From contig NC_134030.1 of the NCBI RefSeq assembly GCF_964204645.1, forward strand, positions 6,614,778-6,678,777: a stretch of DNA of 64,000 nt. The letters run 5' to 3'. The notes under the pieces are model-generated. The model was not told the DNA's origin, did no database searches, and saw only the letters and a program-made list of their open reading frames with translations. This document shows, in pieces, positions 14,426 through 28,500 of this stretch (within the stretch, counting starts at the first letter, position 1; every line of letters starts with the position of its first letter). The DNA comes from Tubulanus polymorphus (lineage: Eukaryota > Animalia > Nemertea). The translations under genes were made by a program, and so were the position numbers.

Positions 14426-15186
14426 TTGAGCTAATGAAAAAAAAAAATCCGTCCTTAATTCATTTTGTACTATTGATTACCAGTATGCCGTCCAGTTATT
14501 GAAAATACATGAAATATAAAATTCTAATGAAATAACATAGTGATTTTCTAAATTCCTCGGATCTTTAGTTATCAATTCATGGACAATGCATTTATTTATT
14601 GTTAAGTGGAATGTTTAAGTCCTAGTGATTGTGGGTTGGTCGTGGAACTGATTTCTTCGAGTAATTTCAAAAACTCTGAGGGGTTTGTCATAGGTATAGA
14701 TGCTACCTCACTACACCATAAAGTGCTGCCGCTATACTAATTAATCATTAGCAGATTTTTCATACACTAACATGAATCGACCGTCGATTGCTAAGTTATG
14801 TTCTTGTTAGTGTATAAAAAATCTGCCAATGTTGAACATCGCGGCAGCACCTCACGGTATGGTGTAAGTCAGCGGGTTGATTGCAAGACATAGAGCCAAA
14901 TGCTATCAATGTCCCGAGATGTAAATCCACCTGCTTCCATCAAATCTACTGCTAAAATGTATGTAAAACTCTAACATCCGGTAGTTTATACGACATTGCG
15001 CCAATTGAGAGTTAAGAAGCCTGCTGAACCTAAAGCAGAGATAACAAATACATTAATTTATTTACACAAGACAATAATGGTTGTATTTACCTATGAAATA
15101 TGGTTTATGAACACAATAATGCGGTATATTACAGAAAACATGTTTGAACAATTACAATAAAGGTGAATTCAAATGAAGTCTTTCAC

Positions 15187-18100
15187 CTAACCAGTCACTT
15201 CTTCAATCCTTGCACGTTTACTGGTTTTTTTGCCATCTTTACTAGATGTATCTCGCGAATATGGATTCTGTACGTAACGAGTTACCGTGGAAACGCCATC
15301 GACGAATTTAGTCTTGAACAATACGTTGGCATTGTTAAACATTCCGTCTTTCAGCGACACAACAATGAACTAAAAAATAGAAATGGTTTGAACAATGAAC
15401 TTCTAATTGTCACTGTTATCTGCTGGTTAATTCTAACCAAATTTGAGCAACTTTCGAGTGTACTGAACTGATTTCCAATAGATGGGTTGAAAGATCCAGA
15501 TTTGTCTCGCTATATATGGTCCTAAGGATGATGTGTTCAATCTTAGATGGGTTGGGGTGTACTGAACTGATTTGCAATAAATGGGTTGAAAGATCCAGAT
15601 TTTCTGGCTACAAATTGCCCTGAAGATGATGTACTGGTATTCAATTTCAGTACATGGGTTCGGTTGGGGTGTACTGAACTGTAGCCTAAAATATTGGAAC
15701 TGACTGGGGAATTTTATATCTTTTTATCTAAAGCATTGCCCCTAGCTAAAAGAAGCTACATGAAAGATTAAAAGTGTAGTACCTGAGAATGTTTGAAATG
15801 CGTACGCAGCATTTGTCCGATATTTTGAGTATGAGATAAATCGAGAGCGGCGTCGACTTCATCAAGAATATACAACGGAGCCGGCTTAAACAACAGTAAC
15901 GACAAAATCAAAGACAACGCCACCAGTGATCTACAATACAAATCAACCACTATAGATACCTATAATTGACACTTTGTCTCATACGTAATAACAACAAATA
16001 CCTTTGTCCTCCGCTCAATTCGGTAAGAGATTCCTTCCACACGTCACCAAATGCTACTTTAACGGTTAAACCTTCTAGTACTGTCTGTCCTTCGGGTGCA
16101 ACCAGTCGAGCTTGCGTACCCGGTAACAACGATGAAAATATCGAACCGAAATCCTGCAAATCGACATATTCAATCAGAAAGTGTTTAGAAATAAGGTTTT
16201 TAAGTGTATGAATACGCATACCTTATTCACTTGCTCATGAGCTTTTCGCAGCGCTTCGTTTTTCTTCTTATCGAGTTCGCTAATGACTTTGGCAATTTTC
16301 GCTTTGTCATTCAGTACGATCGTTCTTTTCTTAATCAATTCAGCGTACTAGAACAGAAATCAAAATCAACAGTGAATATATCTATCGATACTAGAGAATG
16401 CATTACTATCTTTACACAGAAGGGTTATGGGGACCAACAAACGAAATTTTCAGAAGTTCACCGACCTGTTCTTCCGCTTTACCCAACATGTTCATTGCTC
16501 TCATGTTGACATTTTTCGCCAATTTATCTTTAGTTTCTTGTAGTTTTTTGATGCGTTGTCCAGCTTCGCGCGGATTATTCGCTTTGAAATCGTACGCGGT
16601 GTCTGCCTGACCGAAATATTTCCTTTCATCGGCGATCCATGGATACTCGTTCAACAAATAGTCAACCTGTTGATTAAACATTATATTGAAAAGTTCAAGC
16701 TATGAACTAATGACTTTATTGAAAAAATAACTATCATTTAAGTAACAGGCTACAGGTAAACAGTATATCAGAATTTTTTGTAAAAAACAAAAAAAGTATT
16801 GTAACTAGCTAGGTAACAATCTTAACTTAAACAATTTAGTAACAAAAATTTTTTTAAGTATGGCTCTTTTTCGAAAAAGTGATGACGATGATGATTACCT
16901 TGTTAGCTGCATCAGCTGAATCTTTATGGAATTTCTGTTTTTTATGCTCGAGTTCAGTCAGTTTACAGTCCAACTGTTGACATTCTTTAGCCAATTTCTG
17001 TTGCTGGTCGTAAGTTTGTTGAATTTCTTTATCTCGTTCGCGCAGCAGATCCTTCTGTTTGTTCACTTCTGTTTGTGCGTCCTTCACTGCTGCCTATGAT
17101 CAACAAATATTCAGCTCATAACCAGTGCTTATAGAATGATTAACAAATCCATAATTTTTATTTTAAAAATTCTTTACATAGGATTCTTGCTTAACTAAGT
17201 TATGTTCTTAATTCCCCTCAAACGGTTGATAATTCATCGTGGATGTATTGTAGTGTTGCTAAAAAGGTAACGGGTTTAGAGGAGCCGGCATTTTCTACGA
17301 ACCTTTGTATTCTGTCGTTCCTCGTCGAGTTGAGAACATTGACTATCAATATCTTTAATCGACTCCTCTATGGTAACGAGCTGTTCTTCCAGTGAAGTAA
17401 TCTCTTTAGTCAATTCTTCCGCTTCTAAACGCAACGTTTCCATATCCTGAAACAACAGCTCAAGCATCAACAACCATTAAATATCATCCAGCCAGAATGT
17501 ACCCACAATCTAATTGCAGTACTTTTACCTGTTGTTTTTGTTTCAGTTTTTTCTCCGATTCGACCGCTCGTTTCTTCGATGTTTGCACGTCTTGTTCGGC
17601 CTGTTTTAACTCTCGTTCGCGATGTTCCTTTTCGTTATTAATCTTATCTTCCAAATCGGCGACTTTCTTTTTAGCTTTCGCGACCGTATCTTCCGACTCT
17701 TTCAACACTCTTTTCTGTTCATCTGAAATTACATCCACAACATACATATATTACTGCTGTCTCTTGAGCCTTATTCCCACAGTAGATTGTCCACTTTCCG
17801 CCCATTTACAAATAAATCCCCTGATTTTTCCATGTGATTACACAAAATTCCTTGAGTGAATTTTCTAGGTTTAAAATGTTACAATCAATTCATTTTTCAT
17901 TGAATCATGTACTGCTAAATATGTGGTCAATAGCGTCATCCGAATTCCCTACATTTTCCAGATTTTTGGTAAAATTTGTCTAATTCCCTGAGTTTTCACT
18001 GAATTTTTCTCGATTTTCTAAGTTTTTCTGAATTTTCTTGGTTTTCCAGGTCAGTGGCCCCCCAGTGGCCTACTCACCGATAGTAGTTTGTAACTGATTG

Positions 18101-21100
18101 ATTCCCTCGAGTCCGACATGGTGACTACTCGATTCTAAACGTTCTTTCAGTAAATTAGCTTCGTGTGATTTCAGTCCATATTGCTGATTTAACTGCTGAA
18201 ACCTAGAAATATAGATCAAGATACAGTAAGTGCCTCAAATCAATCAATATCTATCACCGGGTCTGGTCGTAGTTCAGACAAACCTTTCAGCCGTTCGATT
18301 AATAGACGACAATTCTTTCTCGACGTGATTCAATTCTGCTTGTTTTTGTTGTAATTTTGATTCGGCTTCGTTCAAATCGGTCAAACGAGCTAATATTGCC
18401 TGATTCTGTGAGCGAGAACCTAAACATCAGAGATATAAAACAAATTTTCATTTGTAATACTTGAACTCACTTTATTTAGATGACTTCACTAACGGACCGA
18501 GAAAATTTATCCCGTTCATGGGGAATATTGATTAAACATATTTCATATATGTTTATGTAAAGGTGTACCATAGAAAGAATCCAGATTAGATCAAATTCCT
18601 GATTAAAATAAATCAAATTAAGCGGGTTTAAATGTATAACATTACGAAAATTCTAAGCCAGTCATTATTTCACCAACCTCCTGTCAGCGTGCCAGACGGA
18701 TCGAAACTGTCACCGTCTAGTGTCACCGTTCGTTTCATGATTTTCGGATCGAAAGTAACTTTACGAGCTTTATCCATATCAGCACAGACAAAACTACCTC
18801 CGAACACGTACTGCATCGCTCTCTCGATATCCTTATCATAACCAACCAGCGATAACGCAGTCTGAGCATTTCCTTTACCAACCTGAATTTGAAATTAAAC
18901 TTAATGGAAAACAAGCGCGTAATTAATTCATCCCGAGGGCTAACTATCTTTTAACACACAAATAAGAGGCACAATATTTTTCAGGATCATTTCATTGAAG
19001 TACAAGAAAATGTTTACGTTGGTCAGTATTTTCGATGGTAAAACCTTTTGTAACATCAACATGAATCGCAAATTTCACATTCAGGATGGATGCGACTTCA
19101 ACTAGCTTAGTAGGGAGGTTACCCCGGTAACTCACCAGGTTCTCAGCCGTTCTAACTGTTGCGTTGTCGATCGGCCGACAGTTGATTTTATTCAGCGGAA
19201 TGATCGTTACGCGGCGCCGAAGTTGACCGTTTTGTAAGAGTTTCTTCCCGGTAACTTCCGAATCGACGATCACGTTGTATAACTGTGCGAGACAAATAAA
19301 TCAATCGTTTAAAGTTTCCGTTCCATTAATCAATTATGACAGACTAGATATTGTAATGAAACATGAAGATGTATAAATTCTAGCTTACAAAGACAATAAC
19401 TATCAATAAATATTGTCAACCCCCGATATATTTCCCCCCGTCTAAACACCAGGGGCCAGTTACTCAAATGTTGGCTAATTTAGCAGTAAATAGTAGACAA
19501 ATAAACATTAATTGTTACTATGGTATCTATCAGCTGGTTAAATCATTAACCAACTTTGGAGCAATTGGTGACAGGTTTTTTTTTTTTGAGAACAAAACTG
19601 TTGTATTCTATCTTGGAACATTTTAAAATTAACCTCCAATATCGCAATTCTCTCTATAGCACCCACATTTTCAATCACTGATGATATGGGCAGTATATCA
19701 GGGGTTGTCTGTTAATGTATATGACTGTACCTTTCCACCAGCTGCTACCTCCAATGCAGTAACTGTTTTCGGATCTTTAACCTGAATCAATTTCGCGACG
19801 AGACCTTTCACTTTCGAACGATCAAAATTCTTTTCCGGATCACGATAATCGAACTGTAAATTTGCATTCCTAGAAAACAACAAGGGAGGTATATGGAGAT
19901 TTGCACCATGACCCAATAGAAATTATAGAAACTGAAGTTAATTGATACCTTACCTAGCTCCTAACGTTTCAACTCTATCTCGAAGTTTTCCAATTTCCTG
20001 AGATAACGTTCTCTTCTGCGCAACGAGAGTCTCTTCTTTCCCTTCTTCATAATTCAGATTTTCCAGCTCAGCTTTCAATTTGTCCACTTGTTTTTGCACG
20101 GCTTCAAACGCCTGTTGATCTTTTTTATATCCTTGTTCGGATTTCTTCATTTCCTGTTGTTTTTTCTTGATTTCCGTCTCGGCGTGAGTTAGTCGCATTT
20201 TCGCCTGTTTTTTCTCCGTTTCAGCTGTGCTTATCTCTTTCTTCGACACTGAAATGAAGCGAATAAAAAAATATCAAAAGTTGTGCTATAAGATCAGCCA
20301 ACTGATGATTGCAGTAAAACTCACTAATAAGTTGATCTTTCAGTGAAGCAGCTTTCCCGTCCTCGTTGTTTGAAAGACCGGCTGAAACTGCGTGAAAATG
20401 TTCCTGAGCTTCAGTTACGGCTGCTTTGTCATTTTCATGTTCTTTCTGCAGTTTCTCGAAATTCGTAGAAAATTTTTCGATTTCTTTCTGCTTGGAGGTT
20501 AGCACTGATTTATCCTAAATTAAGTAAGTAGTAACATGATTTTATCTATTTCAGTTGCAATCTAATTAAGCTATTTGAAACATTACCAACCTCATCTCTT
20601 GAACGAGTTAGCTCCTTGTGTTTTTTCTGTTCGGCTTTCAGACTTTCTTTCTTATGTTTAAGGTTTGTTTCAGCTTTCATGTCGGTCATCTGACATTCCT
20701 TCAACATTTTTTCTAAAGTGGCCATAGCGCCTCCGGCTTCCTAGATCGATCAAAATCAAAATGTTCGCAAATGATTACATGTATTTCGTTGAAGACTGAA
20801 AACCAATCGAAATCCTAATTTCCAAAATATACCTCATCCCTTTTCTTCTGAATATCCTTCATAACTTCGATGAATTCGGCAATTTTCGTGTTGTTCTGTT
20901 CCAATGTAGCTTTGTATTTTTTTTCCTGCTCTTTCATTTCGATCAAATCTTTTGCCGTATTTTTCTTCATATCCTGCAAACAAACAACAACTTAAAAATA
21001 CAATCCCCTATAATTTTGTGGAATCCTAACACACATTTTCAAACCATTAAAAGATTTACCTCAGCGCACATAAATTGGTAAGCTACGTAGAGCTTCTGAA

Positions 21101-23223
21101 GATGTTCGAGTTCGCGGACAATTTTCTGATATTCGAGGTAACTTGACCGTTCCTCTTTCAGTTTCGTCAACGTTGGAGTGATTTCTTCGCGCAATATCTG
21201 ATAATCGAACCAAAAAAAAACCCATGATTTCCATCCAAGACCCACCGAATCGACGATAGGTTTCTTCATTAAGAAACGCCATTCTTACCGTTTCTATTTC
21301 TCTCAGTTTAGCGTCTTTCTTCTCGATAGTTTTCTGAGCCGATTCTTTCTTGCTTTCGTACAATTTCGTTCCAGCTGCTTCTTCAATCATCGACAAAATC
21401 TACGCAAAATTCAATTGCCAATTTAGATAATCCATAGAATGGCAATAAGAGCTAGTACATAATCAGCCAATTGTTCAAAATTGACCAATCATAGTCAGCC
21501 AATTGTTCAAAATTGACCAATGACAATTCAGAATGAAGCAGAGTTTGTTCGCAATACCAGCCAATCAGGAACTGTGTCATTCACATGACGGTGTGCAGCG
21601 AATAAGAAATATCAGCTATGAGATAACTCAGAACATTAAATGCATCAACAATAACAGGGTGGACATTTTTAGTCGACTTGCTTTTCCATTAACTATTCCC
21701 TGACATTCATGTTGTTTTTTCCCTGACTTGATTTGCTAAGAATCCAATCAATTAACACAGTCAAAAATGTACAACATAGACGGAAACTGTTTGATCTTAC
21801 ATGTGATCCAGCAAGCTCAAAAAATTTTCCATGCTTTTTTTTACAAAATTCTCTGACTATTCCCAGACTTTAAAAAAAAGAAAATTCCCTGGCTTTTCCC
21901 CGATTTCCAGGTATTGGCCACCCTGAATAACTTAGTAAACCCCTTAACTGCTGATATAGTGCATACCAAAACAATAACAATCAAACTGAAATCATTCTTG
22001 ATTAACTTTTTTGTGATGCCGGCCCACCAACTTACTTCAGGTGGTTTCATGTTGAGAACTTTCGTGATTCGACCTTGCATAATAAGGAAGTGTGGATTAT
22101 TGATATTAAGTTGAACCGATCGGAACATGTCCTGAACGCGTGTATTCGTAGCATTGCTTCCATTTATTAGGTACTTATTCTTCCCACCGATAACAACCTA
22201 GAGAAAAAAGAAAAATATTCGCCAAGATATAATCCGATACTATTCAAAATGTGATGGAACAGATGTGGTGAATCACCTGTCACCCATCTGTGATCCAAAT
22301 CTATTTAAAACAATAATAATATTCAGCCTAAAATCCGTAATGCTTATTGGCTAAGTTAAAAAAGAACAAGAGAATATTTTGAATAAAATAGGTTACAAGA
22401 ATAGTTAAAAATATTGATTGAAGGACTAGATCTAGACAATCCTTTCTTGGATTTTTAGCTCCATTCTTCTGAACATAATAATCAACGATTTTGTTCCGAT
22501 CGCACTTCATCTATTTTAATCAAAATTTTACATTCTCTGCTGTTTATCCAAAACCTTTCACCAAATAGAGTAGTCTGTGGGTGTCAGAGAGGACGAACCT
22601 GTCTTGTAACTGTTATTTCATCGTATTGTTCATAACCGAGTGGACTTTGTTTTTTGTCTGAATTGTCGAATGTTATGCTGACAGTTGCTTTCGTTACACC
22701 ACCTTGTCCACATTTGTACACCAGATCCTGAAGGTTGGTCGCCCGAACCTGAAGTCAAATTACAAATCATTGTATATATTTTAATCGGTGATCATAGATG
22801 ATTATTGGCAATATCGCACCGCCCGGCCAAGATAACAGGTATGTGGTCGGGAAAGAAGTGTGCGTACATTAGTTGGCCCTTGCGAATTTAAATTTCTGGA
22901 TTCTGTTCCATTTCAGCAGTCTCACAGCATTCGGCTTCTTGATTAGAGGTAAGCTAAATGTGTCACTCAACCAGTCATAACCGTCATAACATTAAGTAAC
23001 TTTGCGAAACCAGAAAACATGAAAAATAATGGTTTGATGGTAGTAGAATGTATACCTGTTGGAGATTAGTTATGCCCAACAAAAAACAAATCGAATCCAA
23101 AATGTTGGATTTTCCGCTGCCGTTTAGACCGGTAATCGCGTTAAACAACGGATCAAATCCATTCACTTCAGTTCTCTGAGCGTAGGATTTAAACCCGTCA
23201 ATAACGAGGGATTTGATATACAT
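15187..23223 (-). CDS. SMC2: Structural maintenance of chromosomes 2 (condensin subunit); multi-exon
   Basis: N-terminus [14 protein letters not shown], Walker [35 protein letters not shown], hinge domain, signature ELSGGQR and Walker [16 protein letters not shown] at 15189-15187. Confidence 0.97.
15458..15681. repeat. ~100-bp tandem repeat (2 copies plus a partial third) in the last SMC2 intron
   Basis: GTGTACTGAACTG recurs near 15458, 15557 and 15670. The first two copies continue with GGGTTGAAAGATCCAGATTT. Confidence 0.75.
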
Positions 23224-23529
23224 CTTCTAATTGCGTTTATTTGCCTCAAAATATCATGACCGTACGGAAATTTGAAATTTATCTATGGCGCCATAGAAGA
23301 TATTACTTCCGCGTTAGGGGCAGCACGAGCGTTGAGTAACTGCAAAACACGGCTACCTTCGCTTACCAGGGCTGGTGGCGGTTGGCGGTGCAGCGCTTCG
23401 TACATGACTGATTGGACATTTCTAATTACTCTGAAAACCATTTATCTTTTATGATCAAACTTAGCTCCTCATCAACAGTAATGAATAAAGTCAGTCATTC
23501 AAATTCGCTGTAGGTGAGTCCGGCCCACC

Positions 23530-23701
23530 CACAGGGGCTCAGAGTTATAGGTAATGTAAAAACGATAATCCGTTATAAGAACGTATATAATATATATAAA
23601 ATAATGTTAACGTTAATAATAGTTATTTTATATATACTATATACGTTGGATTAACGGATTATCGTTATTACATTACCTATAACTCTGATACGAGCCCCTT
23701 G
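23530..23701. mobile_element. Fold-back MITE (CACAGGGGCTC termini) in the SMC2/SEM1 divergent intergenic region
   Basis: Near-perfect palindrome CAGAGTTATAGGTAATGTAA...TTACATTACCTATAACTCTG. The flanking direct repeat GGCCCACC lies at 23522-23529 and 23702-23709. Confidence 0.8.
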
Positions 23702-24120
23702 GGCCCACCCAGACTCGGAGCCGCAAAGCCCGGCATCCGATTAAAAAGCACCACCAACGATTAGGTAACTAACTAATATCGATGAACTCCGCTGACAATT
23801 ACCTAATTATGATATTATTCATTCATAAAGTTCCCTGCGCGCAGTAATTAGTATTCATCTTTGTTGAAAAATTACAGGCTTACAGGTGAACAAACGACGC
23901 TAGCTAGCAAAAATCACGGCACATTACGTGAAGGAGGCCTTTGGGTAGATTTATCCGTTATACAATTTTTATCTTTCCGATGTTGTAATTTGCCCAATGT
24001 TGCAATAAATATAAATTTAAATTGAATTTTAGTTCGATTATGGTTGTGAGGGATTCAAACGAGTACATGGTTGTAACGGATTGAAATAAGTACCTTCACT
24101 TCATCGTTTAATTTTGAGAG

Positions 24121-24567
24121 ATGGCAAAAGATCAAACTACGACGAAAGATCCGAACAAAAAACCGGATTTAGGTTTATTAGAAGAAGACGATGAATTTGA
24201 AGAATTTCCAGCAGAGGGTAACATAGATTTCACTCTTTAAATCAACACGTTTCATCGAATAAACCAAACAATCCATCCTGTCATTGTCAAGTTCAATTCA
24301 ATACTTTTTATTTGTCTAATCATTGCATATGATATTTTCAGATTGGACCGGAGCCGAAGAGGAGAGCGGTGATATAAACGCTTGGGAAGATAACTGGGAC
24401 GATGATAACGTAGAGGATGATTTCTCCAACCAATTACGGTGAGAATTTGAACTGGAATTTATTGGGATAATTAAGTTAAGATAAATAACAGTTGAAATTG
24501 CTTATCTTTTCTTTATAGGACTGAACTCGAAAAACAGGGTCATAAAACGGAGCCAATGAAGCATTAA
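24121..24567 (+). CDS. SEM1: SEM1/DSS1 26S proteasome lid / BRCA2-associated acidic protein; exons 24121-24217, 24342-24438, 24519-24567
   Basis: Hand translation: [80 protein letters not shown]. The exons are too short to appear in the ORF track. Confidence 0.97.
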
Positions 24568-24741
24568 TTCATCCGAGTCCTTATGGATTTATTTGGAGAT
24601 GTTTTCCATAGAGTGAAATTCAAAGCCAATATGTTGATGATGATAGTCGTCATCTTCTGATTGAGACTTTTAACTAAGCGTTCTGTGTGATGCGTATTTT
24701 AGTACAGGCTGATGATTGATTCTCCTCAACTCTCGCTTATA

Positions 24742-25044
24742 CAATGGGATACCGGCGACGCTACAAACAAGGATTCAGTGATCATCCGCCAGGATCGATG
24801 GTGGTTACTCGGTTACCGCGCTTAATTTCCTTCTATATTTCAATTTAATTTGAGTCAACTTTTCTCATTAGTAAATGAATTTTCAGTGAAATCTTCACCT
24901 TATACTGAGTTAGAAAGCGAATCTTATATCTTTTCGCATAAAAAGCATAAAAATCAAGTTCAAATTTCATCAAAAATGAACTGATTTTCACTACAAATGT
25001 CAAATTTTTTGTTTAGCTATTTGGTGAGTGCCGGTATCCCATTG
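24742..25044. mobile_element. MITE-like element downstream of the SEM1 stop codon
   Basis: Inverted termini AATGGGATACCGGC...GCCGGTATCCCATT. Confidence 0.55.
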
Positions 25045-25576
25045 ATTTGTCATGTGTATCGGTCATTGTCTGAATAAAATAATCATATTGTATTTCTAAA
25101 GAAAGGTGATGTTTGTCATTGTTAATTACTTTGCCAGGGTCTTCTGCTCTTTTTGTTTTTTCATCTTTCCACTCAAAATAACCTGAATTATTTATATGGC
25201 CCAGGCTACAGAATCTTAAGTATTTAGTTCAATTCTTAGCCTGAACAGGACATATTGGAACTAAATATTCCTGTAAAATTAGTGTATCGTCTTGTGTCTC
25301 AGTTGTCGATGGTACAGATGTGTGTAACAAGTTCTTACAATTTTTTTAATTAGTTAATTTAACTCTTCATTAAGTTTTTCATGTGTTATGGTCAGGCAAA
25401 AATCCAATAGGGTCTTAGTCTTGGGAAACCAAAAGAGCAATCGACGCTAACAAGTGGGCTGAATGCATCGCAGGGACTAAATAGGACAGGCACAGAGGTC
25501 AGCAAAAAAATTACTGATAGGAAATATATGTTGTAGGAAAGTAGGCTAAAAATGCAAAAATTACCAATAGAAAATA

Positions 25577-28500
25577 ATATTTATGGAATTCCTCAAGGGC
25601 CATACGACTTACGATTTACGAATTGCGTTTTACGAATTACGTTTTACGAGTTACTAATACATTTCCTTCAATACGTTACGACTTACGTCTTACGAATTAC
25701 CCGTTTCAGTCCCGGAGTTATTTTAGATATATTATAGGCCAGTGTGTGATAGTTTTCTGAAGGGCCTGACCTACCCAGTCAGCGTTAGGATCCCGATTCT
25801 ATTGTCTCTGCTGTTATTTTCTGTCATTCAACTTGTCAAGGACTCCAGACCTAAGGATCCATCACACATCAGCCGCTTTCCTTTGAACCCTGGCTAGTTT
25901 TAAATGACCCAAAGTCCGGGTGGCTCTGGAGATGACCGAAGCATCCAACCTTTGGTAATGATATCAGATGTGTCAATTGAGATATTCTATGTTTTCTTGG
26001 GATGTAAACCTATTATAGGTAAGTGCTTATCAATTTGTGGTGATAAAATGCCGAGATTAGAGGTTGTGGTTGTAGGGAACAATAAACCGCATTACCGTAA
26101 TCAAGCCGGCTGGGATTCTGAATATTCTGTGAATGTTTCAGTGACTTACGATGCGTATATAAAAATCCCCTCAAAATTTTCTTTAGTGAGTGCTTAACAT
26201 TTTAATAGTGTACTTCGCTAGGTCTTTTGGGGAATATGAAAAATTTGAAATTATGCCTTCAATCGGTGCAAAAATTTAATACATTTTCATGATAAGTGTA
26301 CTATGACAGCGCTCATAGTGGTCCTTGAAAGTCATGGAATGAGACTGGTCATGAAGACTATGAACCCTGCTATGATTTCATTGTTAAATGCTCAATGTTC
26401 TTAATGAATCGCTTTTACTTAAAATTTTCTACAAGTCAACAAATTCAATTCAATTTTACGTAGCATGAATCCTAGGGAAACAAATCAACCTGAACAATTC
26501 ATTGCTGCGACATCTTCTGTCGACGTTAGTTGAAATTATTTACTGGTTCTTCTCTGAAAATAGTATTCCATATCAGCCAATTCAAAGAGCACTCGTGGTT
26601 ATATGAGGCTTACCGGTATGTATATAGGGAATCAGTTAGAGATCTGTATCAATTCAAACTCAATGCGAGCTCTGTCAGATATTTTGATTTATTTATCAAT
26701 TCATCTACAGTATAACGTTACCATTATCATTAAGCATTTTTGGAAATGGATATTAATTACTCGTCTGGTGAGACTCGTTGACCTAGTTGCAAACTACATG
26801 TCATCATTGCTACTTAACTTGCGACAACGAATTCCAAATTTCTCTCGTGTTTGTGCGGTTGGTTGACCGCGTATTTCACTTGTGAACGCTGGAATGGTAC
26901 GATCGAATTCTCGAACAAATCGAACCGCGCCAGACGCACTCCGCTTCGGCATTTCCAAATTTCATCCAGTTTGATGACATTTTGACATTTCAAATGAACT
27001 TGTAACATGCCACGTAGATAATTCAGAAATGTTGGCCATGTATCTATATAATTTTCATTACACAACATAGCTTTGATTTCAGCTGTTAATAGGGCACCTC
27101 GAATGACCGGCCGTCTGCCGGTCCAGTTCATCAGTGACGTCATTAAAACCGCGTGTTTATTTTCGGCATTCAAACGCGGCGCCATGTCGTCGACGAGCTC
27201 GTATAAACCGTTGTTATAATCTGCCAGGTTCGACGTGGCGATTCGGTCGAATTTTCGGTCTTGCGGCACATATCGGTCGATGTATCTGTAATCGTCGACG
27301 ACGAATTTGACGTCGATGCGGCGATAGTTTTCGATCGCTCGGCGTAAAACGTGTCTGAAATACGCGTCGAACATGTCGACGATGTCGTTGCTGTCGCGGT
27401 GTTGTCGTACGGCGTCGTATTTCCACCAGACCGGCGGTACGCTATCGTCCGTAATTGCATACAACATCTCATCCCGGTAGTTCGGTCGTGGATAGCGAAT
27501 CAACAAACTTCGTATCAATAATGCATTCTCTTCTGATTCATCGCGCCACGGATTAATCATCGTTAGGGTCGAATTCGGGAATTTCATCATTTCTCGTTCA
27601 TCCGTGTCCCTGGTCCGCGCGAATAATCCGTCTTCGAACCACTTTTTGCATGAATTCACGTGACGTTTGGGTATCGAAGCCAGATAAACATCCATTCCCA
27701 CTCGGACTTCATCTTTGCTCATCATTTCCTTTCTAGATGATTTCATTGCTCCCACGGCTCTGCCATCAAATGCAAGGTCCTTCCATTTTCGCCAAATTTG
27801 TTTTAACGATTCAAATTTTCCTCCCAATACATCTGAATTTTCCTCCTGCACGATGAGCATATCCAGAGCTGAGACCAAATAATTGCGCGCGTCCAGAGAC
27901 AGACGGAGGGAATACATGATCTGTGACATCAAGCGACATGCCTCGTCAGTTGTAAATGTGTCCTTGCTGCATTTTGTACCACTTTCCTTGCTGCATTCCT
28001 GGTGTGTTTTTGCTTCAGTCATTATCATATAGTGAAAGAGCACATTTCTAGCCATTATGTGCGGACAAACATCGGCCAAAACGAAATTCACCTTGTTCCG
28101 GAACGCGTCTGGTATGTTCGCCGTCGTCAACAGTACTGAACCAAGGTTACCGCATCCAACGCTCAGAACGCTGATGTCGCATTCGTAGTCGGCGCCTTCT
28201 TTATTCGCTAACTGTAACCAATCTACGGCGGTCTGATTGCCCCAGTACCATGGCAAATCAGCAGATATGAATGATAGAGCATCAATAATCATACCAGCTC
28301 TTGAAATCCTGGAAAACAGGAAATTAGTTGTAATTTTTTCAAGGCTTTGGAAAAATATTGCGACTTTAAGTTAACTGTATGAAGCTATGGAATTATCAGA
28401 AACCTAGTTCCTTCTTTGTGTATTATGATGTTTTGTTTGTCATTTTCATTTATGTGTTGATTAGTTCGTTCATCATAGTTTGAAAAAATAAATTTGTCAG

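Noticed and set aside
27170-27472. Overlapping alternative-frame ORFs in the DUF4470 exon (similar ones in the GPCR)
   Set aside because: They are shadow ORFs caused by CG-rich codon usage.
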